DNA of 64,000 nucleotides from Amphiscolops sp. MND2022 (Eukaryota): NCBI GenBank assembly GCA_964187785.1, contig OZ076418.1, positions 56,482,001 to 56,546,000 of the forward strand, read 5' to 3'. Shown piece by piece: positions 52,270 to 64,000 of this stretch (position 1 is its first letter; each line of letters starts with the position of its first letter). The notes under the pieces were generated by a model. It saw only the letters and a program-made list of their open reading frames with translations, ran no database searches and was not told where the DNA came from. The position numbers and the translations under genes were made by a program.

Positions 52270-54983
52270 TTAATGTTGGCCGACGCTGTTGTTCTGTTCT
52301 GCAGCCAACATTAGGTGAATAGATATCAACGTTCGTCCCTGGGGATCGAACGTGGTTGGCTCTAGCCAAGTTTGAACTTGCTTCGCGCCGCAGGTGATAG
52401 TTAGTGGGATGTGGAACGCAGATGGTTTCGCTGGGTGTAGCATTAGCACGCGGTCGTCCTCTAATGGCACCGTTTGAGCAGCAACCCCGGCCATCTCCAC
52501 TTCGGTCCAGCGATTGTGAGCAAGTTCTTCGTTTGGAATCACAAGATTTCCAGTGCACGGAGAATCAATATGGTCGAAGATGCCACAGCGAGCGCATTGG
52601 CGGATTCCAGGATAGTTGTCTAGAATCCCACCAGTCAACCCTGCAGCTGTTTTTACATCTTCTGGTTCTGGCGCAACTGCAGGTTTGCGAGTTTGGTCGC
52701 GATTGGGGCAGTCTCGAGCGAAGTGGCCAGTCTGACCACAATTAAAACAAGCGCCTACTGGAAGTAGTGCTGCAGCTGGTACTGCTGCCGCATTTGATGG
52801 GGCGTTGTTAACGGGAAGGGGTGGTAGAACCCCTTGAGGAAACACCATCCTGTTGGGTGGTAGTGGTGCAAAGGGATGAGGCCTTAATCTCATGGCATAT
52901 CTGGGATCATACGGTACAGACTTAGGTCTAGTACGTTGCAACTGTCGGGTCGTGAATCGCAAAGATTCTACCGTAGGAGGTTCGCTAACAGTGGTCTCAG
53001 ACGCATAGATGATCGACAGTTCCCTTCGTAAGACGGGATCATGAATACCCTCAATAAAGCGCTGGAGGATTTCGTAACGTTTGGTTGTGACATTCTCTTC
53101 AGGAAAACCTTGGCTTCGAAGTCAATCCAGAGCGTCCAAATACTGCATCCAGTCTTCCCTGTCAGATTGCTGCCGGGTGGTGAAGGCCTGGCGCACCTGC
53201 ATGCGGTTGCCTCCAGTCCCAAATCAACTAGCTATTAATTCGAACACTTTTTCAGGAGTGTCCCTTTCGGACTCGGCTTTGTTGATAATGTAGTTGCGAG
53301 CTTCACCTTCCAAATGTCCGATGATGCTCCAGGTTTTGTCATCGGGGGTTGCCTTGGCTTGCGTGCGCTGTAAATAACGGATGGAAGTTCCTTCCTTGGA
53401 TCCCCGGTAGACGCTAGGCTAAGCTTGCGTTTGGTCACGTCCAGCCAGCAAAGGGGCCAGTTCTTTAGACACTGCTTTTGAAATGGCGGCTGTGAATCGC
53501 AGTTGCTGTGGGGATATTACTTCTTCTCCCTCACTAGGGGCTGGAGAATTATCTTGACTGCCTCTAGTGGCTTGCACGGATAGTTCACCATTCGCATTAT
53601 CTTTCTGGCGAGTACTGCTGACACAGGGCTTGCCTGTAAGCATTCCCTCGCTCGCAGTCAAGGACAGTGAATTGGTCCCAGTTCTCATCCTGGCGGTAGC
53701 GTACACTTCGTCCTCTGTGCTGCTAGTGTGTGAGCCAGCAGTTGCCCTGGTGTCGGTCAAGTCAAGAGTCGATAATTTAATCGCCGGTGGTATTGAGGTG
53801 TCACTGAGTGGATTGGGCATGCATACGTGCACTTTGGTGGTCTTCTTATTTATTGGTGGTGGTATGACTACTTTTGGCTGCGTTTTGGGCTTGTCTTCAG
53901 CGTTATTGACGGGTTAGGGGTGCGCATAGGCACCATCTTACTCGTGGATGCGATAGGTTCGGCAAATTCGATATGTTCTGTCTCAAGGTTTCTCGCATGA
54001 GATACACTTGTGGATGCTCCACTTTGAGTGCGTATCTGATCGCTGAGTTCAGTCAGCCGTGCTTCCACGCGAAGTTGACGCTGGAGAAACAAGTCCTTCA
54101 TTTCCTCTAATCGATAGCCCATGGCGTCTACTTTCGCAGCTTGCACTGTGGTCTGCTGGGTCGCGCTCCTCAGGCTACCTTTCACGGAGTCCTGCAGGGC
54201 TTCCAATTCTGCAGTCATGATCTTGTGCTGTTCATTGCATTCGGCACGGGTATCGGCCAAACGTGCTAAGGCTCGTTGGGCCTCAGTTTCCGCTTGCAGC
54301 ATTGCAGTCCGTGCAGCAGCGGCTTCCTCGACAGCCCGATAGGCCGAAGACCTTCGTGAGGAGGTAGTGGACGTGGCACTGTCGCGAGCTAAATCATCCT
54401 GCACACACAGTGTGGGAGGGCGCGTTTTTTGCTCGCCAGAGGCTTTTGCTCGACAAGCTTCCAGGCGGTACTTTGCATAGTTCATCCCACCGACATAGCT
54501 CATGCCTTCCAAGATTGCGTCGGTATCCTTACTAGCTGGGATGTCGTTGTCTTTGGGTCTTCCAGAACAGCCAATGCGCACAGGGGTTACCTCCGCTGCC
54601 GTTTGGTTGGAGTTGGGCCATAACCCAGCTGTTTGAGGCGATGTTAACTCACCTCTGTTGTCTTGGACCCATTGTCCTGTGCGGAGAAGTTCTTCCGATA
54701 GGGGTGAGTTCCAGGCCATAGCATTCTGCTCTTCTCGCCGTTGCTGATCGGCAGTAACACGGTCACTCATTGCTTCTGAAAAGGAGGAACCAGTCGATAA
54801 TGACTTCGTAGGTGGCCATTCTCTCAGACTCACCTGACTTATAGTGTCTGAACTTTCGCGTTGGGTCGAGCTTATCTCTTGTTGTTCGCTCGAATTGGTA
54901 GTGTCAGACGCATTTGGTTCGCTACCTTCCTCCGTGATATGCGTGAGCAGTCGGACTACGGTTGCCATGCCCGTCCAAAACAT
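52270..54983 (-). pseudogene. gag: Gypsy D gag (coiled-coil N-terminus, capsid, zinc knuckle), fragmented
   Basis: CFNCGQTGHFARDC knuckle in ORF 52270-52962; long coiled-coil ORF 53868-54983. Confidence 0.85.
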
Positions 54984-57611
54984 GACGCTTCACCTTTTTG
55001 ATCTAAGATACGTCACAAGATGATACACCAGTATCTCCTATTTCGACTCACTGGGTCGTACTGCCATTCGTCCGTACCCACCTCTCGAAGCGTTGCCGGT
55101 GTAGCAAGCGTTCAACCCGATTACGAGTTGTCCTGAGGTCACCCAATCCGTTTCCAGGGGCCACGGAAACGTATCGGACTATGTTAGGCCTCCAGTCGTC
55201 TCGGTGTGGACTTAAGCAGTTTTCAATTACGGAACGCCTCGCTAAGGTCAAAATTGCTTTCAAGGGCCGTAGCGAGCTGAAAGTCACACACGCAGTAGGT
55301 TTTTACACACAAGTCCGAAAAATGAACTCAGATCGGGTCTAAATTATCTATGAAATGGTCAGGAAAGGTTTACAACAGTTTTTGACTTTTCTGGAACAAG
55401 GTTTAAAATAACACAAGTGGCACGTATTTGTCACTCAAGGGTCGGATTTGGCTCAAAATTGACCAGCGGATCCTACACACACGTAGGTACACGGAATTGG
55501 TCACCGATTTGGGCTCCGAAGCCTGTACACTGTTTCGCCTTGGTAGAGACGTGCGGTAATCCTATGTATCAATAGGGGTCAAGATTCACTCTAATCATAA
55601 AATTTCTGAGCACTGGTTGCAGTCAGCGGTCTGGTTTTTCCGCTAGCAGCGTGTCAACTAATATCGGTTGCATTGATGAGCAATAAACCGTTCTCACTTT
55701 TCGGCTAAGGTGCTCGGGTACGTCCAAAAAATTTTTGAAAAATTGGCCTTTTTGCACCTGTTTTTGTGCAGTTCGTCTTCGTCAATTTCTCAACAGATGC
55801 TGCACTGATCGGCACGAAACTTGGCACGCGTTCCCAGTGGGCACCCACAATGCTGGTTTCACAGCTCAATGGAAGCTCTCGAGTTTATTGGGATTTTGGG
55901 CTAGACGTGGACACGATCAAAGAAAAAGCAGTCTTTTTTGACACTTTTTTCACAAACCGGCTAAGAGGATCGACACTACAAATGTTACGACAGGGTCAGG
56001 GAGGTCAACACGTTGCCCCACTAGCAACAGCACTGCCACAAGCCCTCAATTAGCCGTGCCCGTTAGATGTAAGGCACTGTCGATCCTACAGTTTTGGAAA
56101 ATTTCTGTTATTTTAACTCGTTCTGATGTCGAAACCTCAGAGATTTGTCAGCTTTGGTTAGCACTAGGCTCACCAAATTTTCGGCACTAGCGTTTATTTT
56201 GGCAGTGGTTACGAAAATGCAAGCGGTTTTTAGCTAGGGCTCGGGAATCAATGACCCGACCCTAACAAGTGGACAGTCCGGTTTTGTGGAAATCTGGCCA
56301 AATTCAGTGCGTTTTTCCACTTTTCTCAGCACTGAATAGGTATTTTTGCATGCGGTTTTCACCACAATGCGGTATTTTTACTACAAAAACAGAAAATAAG
56401 AGCGCCTAGGCTTTTTAAGTTGATTTAAGGTTCGGTCAACAGGGTTTTTCACACTACACTCTATAAGGGTCAAAAACGGTCGAAATTACAAAAATTTCAC
56501 TTTTTTCTGGTCTTTATACCAGTCAATCGATCAGCAAAAGCTTCTTCCAGTACCCTGGGGTTGTGATTCACCCAAGAAACTTCTTTACAACAGTGCCTCA
56601 GGCTTCTAAACCTAGGTGCCAGAGTGATTTTAGGGCGTTTTTCACCCTTTTTCCCAATTTTCGCACTTTTTTACTGCAAATTTCCACTCTTTCGCCTAAA
56701 AGGTTTACGAGAACCTTTGAGCAATATTTTTCTCAGTTCCCTCAAGATTCGAGGCTACTTTTGCCACCATACTGACAATGTTAACTTGGATTTACGGAGT
56801 GCCTAGACTCCAACCAAAAATACTCGAAAAACACGAAAATTCGTTTTTTTTGCAAAAATCTCCGTTTTCTTCGCTCAAAAGCGTTCCATTGGGTGACGTT
56901 ACATTGCAAAAAATAGTAACTGACCTGCACCAATGATTCCCTATACAAAAATGAACAATCTCAAAATTTCCGCGAACCATGATCCATCTGGGCGACATTG
57001 CTGGTCCCAGGGGATGCATCTTCGCCACGCAATTTCTCCATGTCCAGACCAGCTAGAGACCTGCCGTTTGGACCATTAGCTTTGTCAGGAGTTGCTCTCT
57101 CTGTCCACCAAATTTCACCCCTCGCGGACGTCTCCACGAGAAATGGGAATCGACGAACCCAGACACTCCATTTCACATCCCCTTCGCCCTGGTGGAGTAT
57201 GGATTATCGCTCATCGGTACCTGTCTTACATGGCTCAAAAAACTGAAAATAGCTGCAAATACCTGTTAACACACGTGACCACGTGCTATGAGGGCCATTA
57301 CTTGAAAAACAAATACCCGCTGATAGGTTGACATAACATGACATTCGAGCACATGCATTTACGGTTTTTTTTTCAACCTCAAAATGCCATTTTCGAACCT
57401 GAAAACGCATTTTCTTCGGGTTTTCTGGGTCTCCTTCGTTCCGGCAGCCAAGAAAACATGCAATCGGTTAAAATAGGAGCAAAACTCTGGCTTCTCGTTC
57501 AGAGTCGAAAATGTCTTGGCGCTGAACACCGGAGGGTCTGATATTTTAAAACAATGCAGGAAAGCTTCCCAAAGACAATCCCTCTGTGGTCGCCAAAAAA
57601 TGAGGTTCCTA

Positions 57612-58354
57612 TGTAACGGAAAGCGCTCAGCGTTTATCCACTACGCAGGGCGGAGGAACTGAAGCCATGGATTGATGATCCGGGACTGATCGCCATGATT
57701 CCAGTTCATTTTGTCCTCCTGGGGAGTGCCGGTCCCGAGAAGGGAGAACCGTCTCTAAGGATGCTTTCTGACCGGTTCCGGTCTGTAACTGCTACCAGTC
57801 ACATGAAATACGCCTTTTTCCTCGTACCCACTGTGCAAATAGCCTGTAAAAATTGGGTTAAGCTGCATAGAACTGAATTGAACGGTCGAGATGGAAATCC
57901 ATCATAAATAGCATTAACATTAACAGAGGTAGCTCTCTCTCTCGTGTAAAGAATTCATCAAACAACTAATTAACACATCAAAAGGGTACGAAAATCCAGT
58001 TTGGCAAGCCCAAAATCACTCTGGGTGGCATGGCACTGGTTCTTGGGTTCCACACAACCTTGGGTCCGGGCGCTGTACTCACTCGGACATGCCGAATCCG
58101 TCTGATATTCGATGGATACCGTGGGAATTAGCGCATAGGCTTACGATTTTTCGGTTTCGTGACGTTGTACGCACTTCTCTTGTCGGTATGTCACTTTTTT
58201 CCGCCTCGCGGGCTTTGTCGATCCACGCTCTCTATAATTTTTGCGGGACTGGTACTTAGTGAACACATGTTTGAGGGCCACGTCACTTTCGAACAAAATT
58301 TTCAGAAAATTGTCAAACGTCAAAAATTTTTGTCGGTCACAGGGTGCTGTTACA
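57612..58354 (-). repeat. 5' LTR of Gypsy D (743 bp)
   Basis: Collinear with 43735-44469, with a few percent substitutions and small indels. Confidence 0.95.
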
Positions 58355-58647
58355 TTTTGTGTAAGATATAGAATACTTAAACAATAAGAGGAGCAAAAAC
58401 TATCACTTTTTTGAATTGGTTAATCTGAATAAATACCTCTTTTAAGTTGATTTGTTACATTTACTAGTGGTGGACAGCCATTAGATTCAAAGCAAATTCA
58501 TCAACTAACATAATACGATGTGTTCATTATTTGGATGGAATGTAACTATGTCACTATTAGTGTTAAAAACATCATCTCTCATGTATATTACAGCTGGAAC
58601 ATTCAATTCATTAGGGATTTCTTTTGACACCAGAAGTTGCTTCATCT
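58355..58647 (-). pseudogene. Polinton adenain-like cysteine protease remnant interrupted by Gypsy D
   Basis: Minus strand IYMRDD...IVTFHP...GCPP...IQKSDSFCSSYCLSILYLTQ runs into the LTR; MSFKTA-like sequence resumes left of 43735. Confidence 0.7.
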
Positions 58648-59038
58648 NNNNNNNNNNNNNNNNNNNNNNNNNNNNNNNNNNNNNNNNNNNNNNNNNNNNN
58701 NNNNNNNNNNNNNNNNNNNNNNNNNNNNNNNNNNNNNNNNNNNNNNNNNNNNNNNNNNNNNNNNNNNNNNNNNNNNNNNNNNNNNNNNNNNNNNNNNNNN
58801 NNNNNNNNNNNNNNNNNNNNNNNNNNNNNNNNNNNNNNNNNNNNNNNNNNNNNNNNNNNNNNNNNNNNNNNNNNNNNNNNNNNNNNNNNNNNNNNNNNNN
58901 NNNNNNNNNNNNNNNNNNNNNNNNNNNNNNNNNNNNNNNNNNNNNNNNNNNNNNNNNNNNNNNNNNNNNNNNNNNNNNNNNNNNNNNNNNNNNNNNNNNN
59001 NNNNNNNNNNNNNNNNNNNNNNNNNNNNNNNNNNNNNN
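58648..59038. other. Assembly gap (391 N)
   Basis: Run of N. Confidence 1.
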
Positions 59039-59854
59039 AAATTCTTAGAATGAGAAATATTCATTTATTGGTTTTTTTCTTGACTGTCTTCAGTGAACTT
59101 TCCATCCAACAATCTTGTTCATTGATTTTCATTTCTGTTAATCTTTTATTGTAAAAAATGGCTGTTTTCTGATGCTTAAGTTATCAAAAGGTTCTTTTTT
59201 AACTGTTTCCTGTTCCTGTTCCAAATGGGGATTTGGTATACTACTAAGACAGACAAAACTGACTTTTTTCGAAAAATAATTTAAAAATCTTGACGAATCA
59301 AAATAATTATCGAAAGATACTTACATCACGATCCGAAAATCGAAAGTCCAAAATTGGCTGTTCTTTGATAAGTTTTGGACTAACTTACGCTATTTATTTC
59401 AGATGGCAGTCATATGATTTTGACGTGATTGTTTTATTGTTCGTTCGGATCGCAAGGACAGTTCATGAAAAATCGAAAAAGTCCAAGATTAGCTGTTTTT
59501 TGATAACTCTTGGACTAATCATGGCTTGTTTCTCAGATTCCAGTCATACAATTCTAATGCCATTCGACACATAAGACTCTAATGCGGTGCGTGATGACTG
59601 AAAGATTGATTGAAAAAAAAACGATAAGCTTGCCTAAGTAGTCGAATTATTTTCCGACTCCTAAAGATGTCAGACATGAGACAGTACGATAGTAGATTTT
59701 CGAATAGCAAAATCTGCTGGTCTACAAGGCATCGCCCGCTCCTTGAAAACTGAAATCGTAGGTAATATTTTATCCTAAAAACATATGTTACTGTTTATAT
59801 CAAGTAAAGTTCTGTGAAAATAGGCAAGTTCTCATCTGAACATTATTTCCAGTT

Positions 59855-60061
59855 TCATTTGTAGCAAGGTTTACAACAACGATCCATGCACATGAAGTAT
59901 TCTACATATGTTTCGAGCCAACATTCGTCAGCACATGCCAAATAACACTTTCCGCATCTGTAATAAGCAGGGTCATCTCTTTTTTCAACTGCTTGTCGAT
60001 CAATCGCAGCTACCAAGAGCTGTGTAACAAAGAGTAGGACGCAAAAGTATTTTCCCATCAT
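59855..60061 (-). CDS. Secreted cysteine-rich peptide precursor (68 aa)
   Basis: MMGKYFCVLLFVTQLLVAA (signal-like), IDRQAVEKR (propeptide with dibasic site), then the 40-aa mature DDPAYYRCGKCYLACADECWLETYVEYFMCMDRCCKPCYK with 8 Cys. Intact ATG-to-stop reading frame. Confidence 0.75.
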   Translation of the reverse strand: MMGKYFCVLLFVTQLLVAAIDRQAVEKRDDPAYYRCGKCYLACADECWLETYVEYFMCMDRCCKPCYK

Positions 60062-60610
60062 CGTATTCAAGAGCGCTAAATTCAGACTACAGAAGCAGCT
60101 GATGCTGAATATATTCACCAAACATATATCTGCTAAAACTACTTTTCGACATGAATTACATGAACTGTCCGGTTGTGCCGTCTGGTCATTTTTTCCCCAC
60201 ATTTGTTCAGTTCTGAAAAATGATGTCAGAACGCGTTTATCAAATGAAATTTTGGCTCTTCCGTTTTAGCCCCCACCACCGAAATTTTGGAAGTAAATTT
60301 CCTTAAAAACTTTACACTAGCCTAATTAAAAGTAAAGCCTTCTTTCATAATGGGACGTTAGCTTCTGTCAGGGTAGTTTTCCGCTTGAACAAAACGTTGT
60401 TGACTTATTTTGACTATATTTTTGTTCGTATTAAGTGTTTTTTGATGACTCAAAACAGGAAGCTGTTGTTTTTTCATCAAAAATGCGTAACTTTATAGGG
60501 AAAAAGTCTGAACAAAGTTTGTATCTCGAGTGCAAACTGTCACCCTGAGAATAAACTCAAAATTGAAGCTCTCTGGGTTGTATTCAAGTCTATTTGTTAT
60601 AAGATTTTCA

Positions 60611-61172
60611 CTAATTTTCCAAAAAAAGTTGGCGATGGGGGAGATTTGAAACAGTAAAGAGCTCAGACTCTGCTAAATCTCCACGATCTCCATCCTTTAA
60701 TTGACTGTTTTTATAGTTACTTTGACTGACGCATACTCGCTCTAGTAGCTCTGATAGTGCTAAATACCCTTTTTGGACTTCGGGAGTAAACATAAAGTTG
60801 CAGGAACCTTAGGTTTTGTTTTTACGTGCTTGTTGGACGTGCCCGGGCTTCGAGTGTGCCGCCACATCGCACGGAGCTCTAAACAAGGAGCCTCTTCGAC
60901 GTTAGAAACGTCCCACTGGGAGACCACTTTTGAGTCAAAAAGAGATATCTGGAGTTGTAGTAAGACAATGGTATCCTGTCGGGGCAACCTAGGCGTTTTC
61001 CCAGCTCTAGTTTGTACGCCACTAGCTTGATATTACAATAGGTTGCCCTTACAGGAGACCATTGTCGTACAACGACTAAAACAACTGAGAATACACCTAA
61101 CTTGGACCTCCAAACTACTTGTTTTATTTCCAAAATGTGTTCTTCTTGTTGACTTTCAACTGTCAAGGACAC
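60611..61172 (-). pseudogene. Possible degenerate C-terminal part of the SLC22-like gene
   Basis: KLGVFSVVLVVVRQWSPVRAT (cf. K.G....VIY....ELFPT.VR.T) and LCLLPKSKKG / TPEVQKG (cf. LLPETKG), across frameshifts. Confidence 0.35.
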
Positions 61173-63004
61173 TCCGCATTTTAGAGATGAGATCTGAGAA
61201 GACTTTTATCAGACTCCAAGAGAAGCACTTGGAAACGTATTCTTAGGGTACCTAGGCCATCATACAAACTTTCGAGATCCAAATCAGATCAGTTCCTAGT
61301 TTTAATGCATATTTTACTGAATTAGTTGAAATTATTACATCTAAATACTAATTCTCCCTCCAAATTTATTGCCTCTCCAAGCAACAGTTATTCGAAATTT
61401 CAGTGCAAATACTTGCTTTTATAATAGATGGATATACACGCAGTAAACTAGGGCCCAAAAAACCCGAGTTGAATTTTGATTACATTGATTTTTCACAATT
61501 ACACTTTAATATGTATTTTCGGAGATCACAAAAGGATTTTCAAGGGCATTGTAGCTTACATGTGACCAGTTGAATAAGAAAAAAATCAACTGTGTTTACA
61601 AAACGAATAGTTTGGTGAGTATAATGTGAAGAGAATTTGTTGCCGGTGCCATCAACTAACTTTGTCAGGATTGTGCAACCAATTTCACTCCGACCAAAAA
61701 ACAAATGATAATGTCAGGGTATGACTCATCAAATTATAATTCACTTTTGTATTTTTCCCTCTCATGACTCATGGAAACAAAACAAATTGTGAAATGATGT
61801 CTGGTACAAAAATCTAAGAGTAAAGAAGTGGACTGGAAAAAAACACATTTGAGGACCACATTTTCAGTTTTTGATACTTCTCTAGAAATTACTTGTTTCC
61901 TTGAGACCTTTGTTCAGTGAATGAATGTACATTTTATACATCCCTCCAAAAAATTCACATGCACAATTTATGTATCATGATATAATCTATAAACACCTCT
62001 TACAATCAGAAAAAGGCTCTTTCTTTTTTACCCCACCCGAAATTTCGAGAGTGATTTTCTAGAACAATTTTAGACTAGCCTAATTGGAACATCTTTCAAA
62101 ATTTCAACTTGGTGCTTTTCACCATACTTCTCCAATGCAATTGTTTCTGTAACTTATCAAAGCGATAGTCGCCCTATTTGAATCAGTGCGCTTGAAAAAT
62201 GTCAACTAGCGTTTGTTCCGTACTTTTGTAGCTCTTTACTTTCATTTGGCCTGCAGCCCGACTGATGTATGATTTTGAGCTACTGAGGCTCTTCACTCCA
62301 TCCCCACACTGTTTATGTGGAGTTCATGTGGAGACAACAAACCAAAGGAAAAGACTTTTTCGAAGAAATATTGAATGATATAGTCAAATATAACCCTTTA
62401 CGTTGAGTTTGTTTTCCCTAATTGCGATATAATTAATTGAGATATTATTTATTGCAAAAACATCATCTTGAAAATTGTGGGGATAAGGAAAAAGTTCCGA
62501 GACTGAAATATCTTTGTATTAGGCAGTTGTTGATAGTGATCATGTTCAGAGGCACCATATTGTGCTAACCAAGTCCAATTCAGACAATTGACATAGCAAT
62601 GACTATTCTTGAAAATCAACTCAGCGAACTTCAGTGGAAACACATAAGGCATTTTAAGTCAGAATTTGTACAAAAGGGCCACTATCACGACGCCTGGATT
62701 TTCATCATTCCACATAACATTCCTAAGCAGTCCTTTGTTGTAACACAAAAAAACGAAATTCTGTTCCTGTTTGTATTGTCTGAACAAATGCTTTGTGATT
62801 TTTTTGCTTAAGACTGTACATTGTTTTTGACGCAGAATTTCTCGTAAAAAATCTAAATGCTTTTATTTCTCAGTTCTCGTTCCCTTAGCCAGAACAATTC
62901 ATTAGTCAGTGTCAAGCAACTTTTGTTGGGTAGTTGTTGCTTCGATGTGTACTCACCATCTAAATCCATTGCTAGAGCTTGGGTCTGTGTACTGACACGA
63001 TTAG

Positions 63005-63520
63005 TTGCAGCAACTGAAACATGAAAAATTTCGGACCATGTCGTCTATTCCACCCCCCAGGAAAACCTTGTTGGAAATCGCCCCCAACACGAAAGCACAT
63101 TTTGTTCTTGAACAAAAATATTTAATTAGTGAGAGAAAATCATATGAATGTATATACTTGGAGGATTGTCTCTACAACAATTTGGACACTTCAGGTAAAA
63201 AAATACCATAGTTTTTTGATATTGTTGTCCAAAATAGCAGAAATTCACGTTTGGAACAAGCTAAAATTGTATAAAATGGTCCCTTTTTCAGCGCAAGTTT
63301 TGTCCGCTGTAAAACCCAATGAGCAACTTTTTTAACTGACAGCCAATGTAAGGGATAGGATTAGGTCGACATCAATTATTTTATTGGACCAAAATTCCAA
63401 CGTAAACGATGTCGGCATAATGGTTTTGAAAACTTCTCTCTTATTTCACACCTGCCGCAGTTTGGGGGGGATAGATGACATGGTCGAAACTTTCATAGTA
63501 TATTTCACTGGCTGAAATTG
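63005..63520. mobile_element. MITE-like element with imperfect inverted ends
   Basis: aaatttcggaccatgtcgtctattccacccccc (~63025) versus the reverse complement aaagtttcgaccatgtcatctatccccccc (~63465-63495). Its internal 63360-63425 matches 32610-32665 in inverted orientation. Confidence 0.5.
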
Positions 63521-63686
63521 TTGTATCACCGAGTAGCACTTATTGCATTTGGTGACACAAACCAAAAAATTACCAAACGCTTCAAATTTCCAACAGTTCA
63601 GCTTCGAGTCTTCAATATGAAGGTCACAGTGATCAACGAGCCAGTGCAATGCGAGCTTTAGAAAACTGTGGTCATCATTAACTTAC

Positions 63687-63904
63687 GATGTTTGATGGTG
63701 GTTGCGGCCGATTCCACCTGTTTTCTTGATAATTGCCACCGTGGAGACTCGATAGATGTTCGCAGAAAGACTATGAACGCAGTGATTGGAAACAACCATG
63801 TGACGAGATAGTACAGTCGCCAACTGTAGAAGAAGTTCCGAGAAAAAGCATCCACAGGCAGCAACATCACCACTCCCATATGAGTTAGAGGCAGCAATTT
63901 CCCC
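63687..63904 (-). CDS. Exon of an SLC22/organic-cation-transporter-like MFS gene
   Basis: ...FFYSWRLYYLVTWLFPITAFIVFLRTSIESPRWQLSRKQVESA resembles the SLC22 WR...PESPRWL motif; flanked by an acceptor cag at 63905 and a donor gtaagt at 63686. Confidence 0.6.
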
Positions 63905-64000
63905 CTGCCAAAAGGAAAAGTTGTGTTCTCAAAACATCAATCGGCTTACACATGGTGACTGAAAAAAAACTTTTGTTCCTAAAAATTGGTTTTATTTCGT

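Larger units (their letters stand above)
43735..58354 (-). mobile_element. Full-length 14.6-kb Gypsy LTR retrotransposon D, coding regions frameshifted
   Basis: Paired TG...CA LTRs, a polypurine tract, gag-PR-RT-RH-INT order on the minus strand, and near target-site duplication ATTT/TTTT. Confidence 0.95.

Noticed and set aside
58518-59154. Long poly-X ORFs
   Set aside because: Artefacts of the 391-N assembly gap.

Overview
AT-rich, intron-containing eukaryotic (probably invertebrate metazoan) DNA, almost entirely a nested transposon graveyard up to about 59 kb, followed by host-like sequence. It holds four Gypsy LTR retrotransposons. Three are heavily decayed. The fourth is a 14.6-kb element with both LTRs at 43735-58354. 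It also holds scattered Polinton/Maverick remnants: three pPolB copies, integrase, packaging ATPase, minor capsid and adenain-type protease. The standout is a roughly 11-kb (TA)n-flanked element at about 27160-38375. It carries two divergent spliced genes: a KDM2/KDM7-like JmjC demethylase with zinc fingers (minus strand), and a 6-exon fusion of a SUV4-20-like SET domain, C2H2 fingers, a tyrosine recombinase and a Myb/SANT-like tail (plus strand). It also has degenerate inverted terminal motifs and internal repeats. It looks like a Crypton/Starship-like mobile element carrying a histone-methylation writer and eraser; this copy has several lesions. After an assembly gap (58648-59038) there is an intact secreted 8-Cys peptide precursor and fragments of an SLC22-like transporter gene. 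All protein assignments come from motifs recognised by eye, not database searches. Coordinates of decayed elements are approximate.
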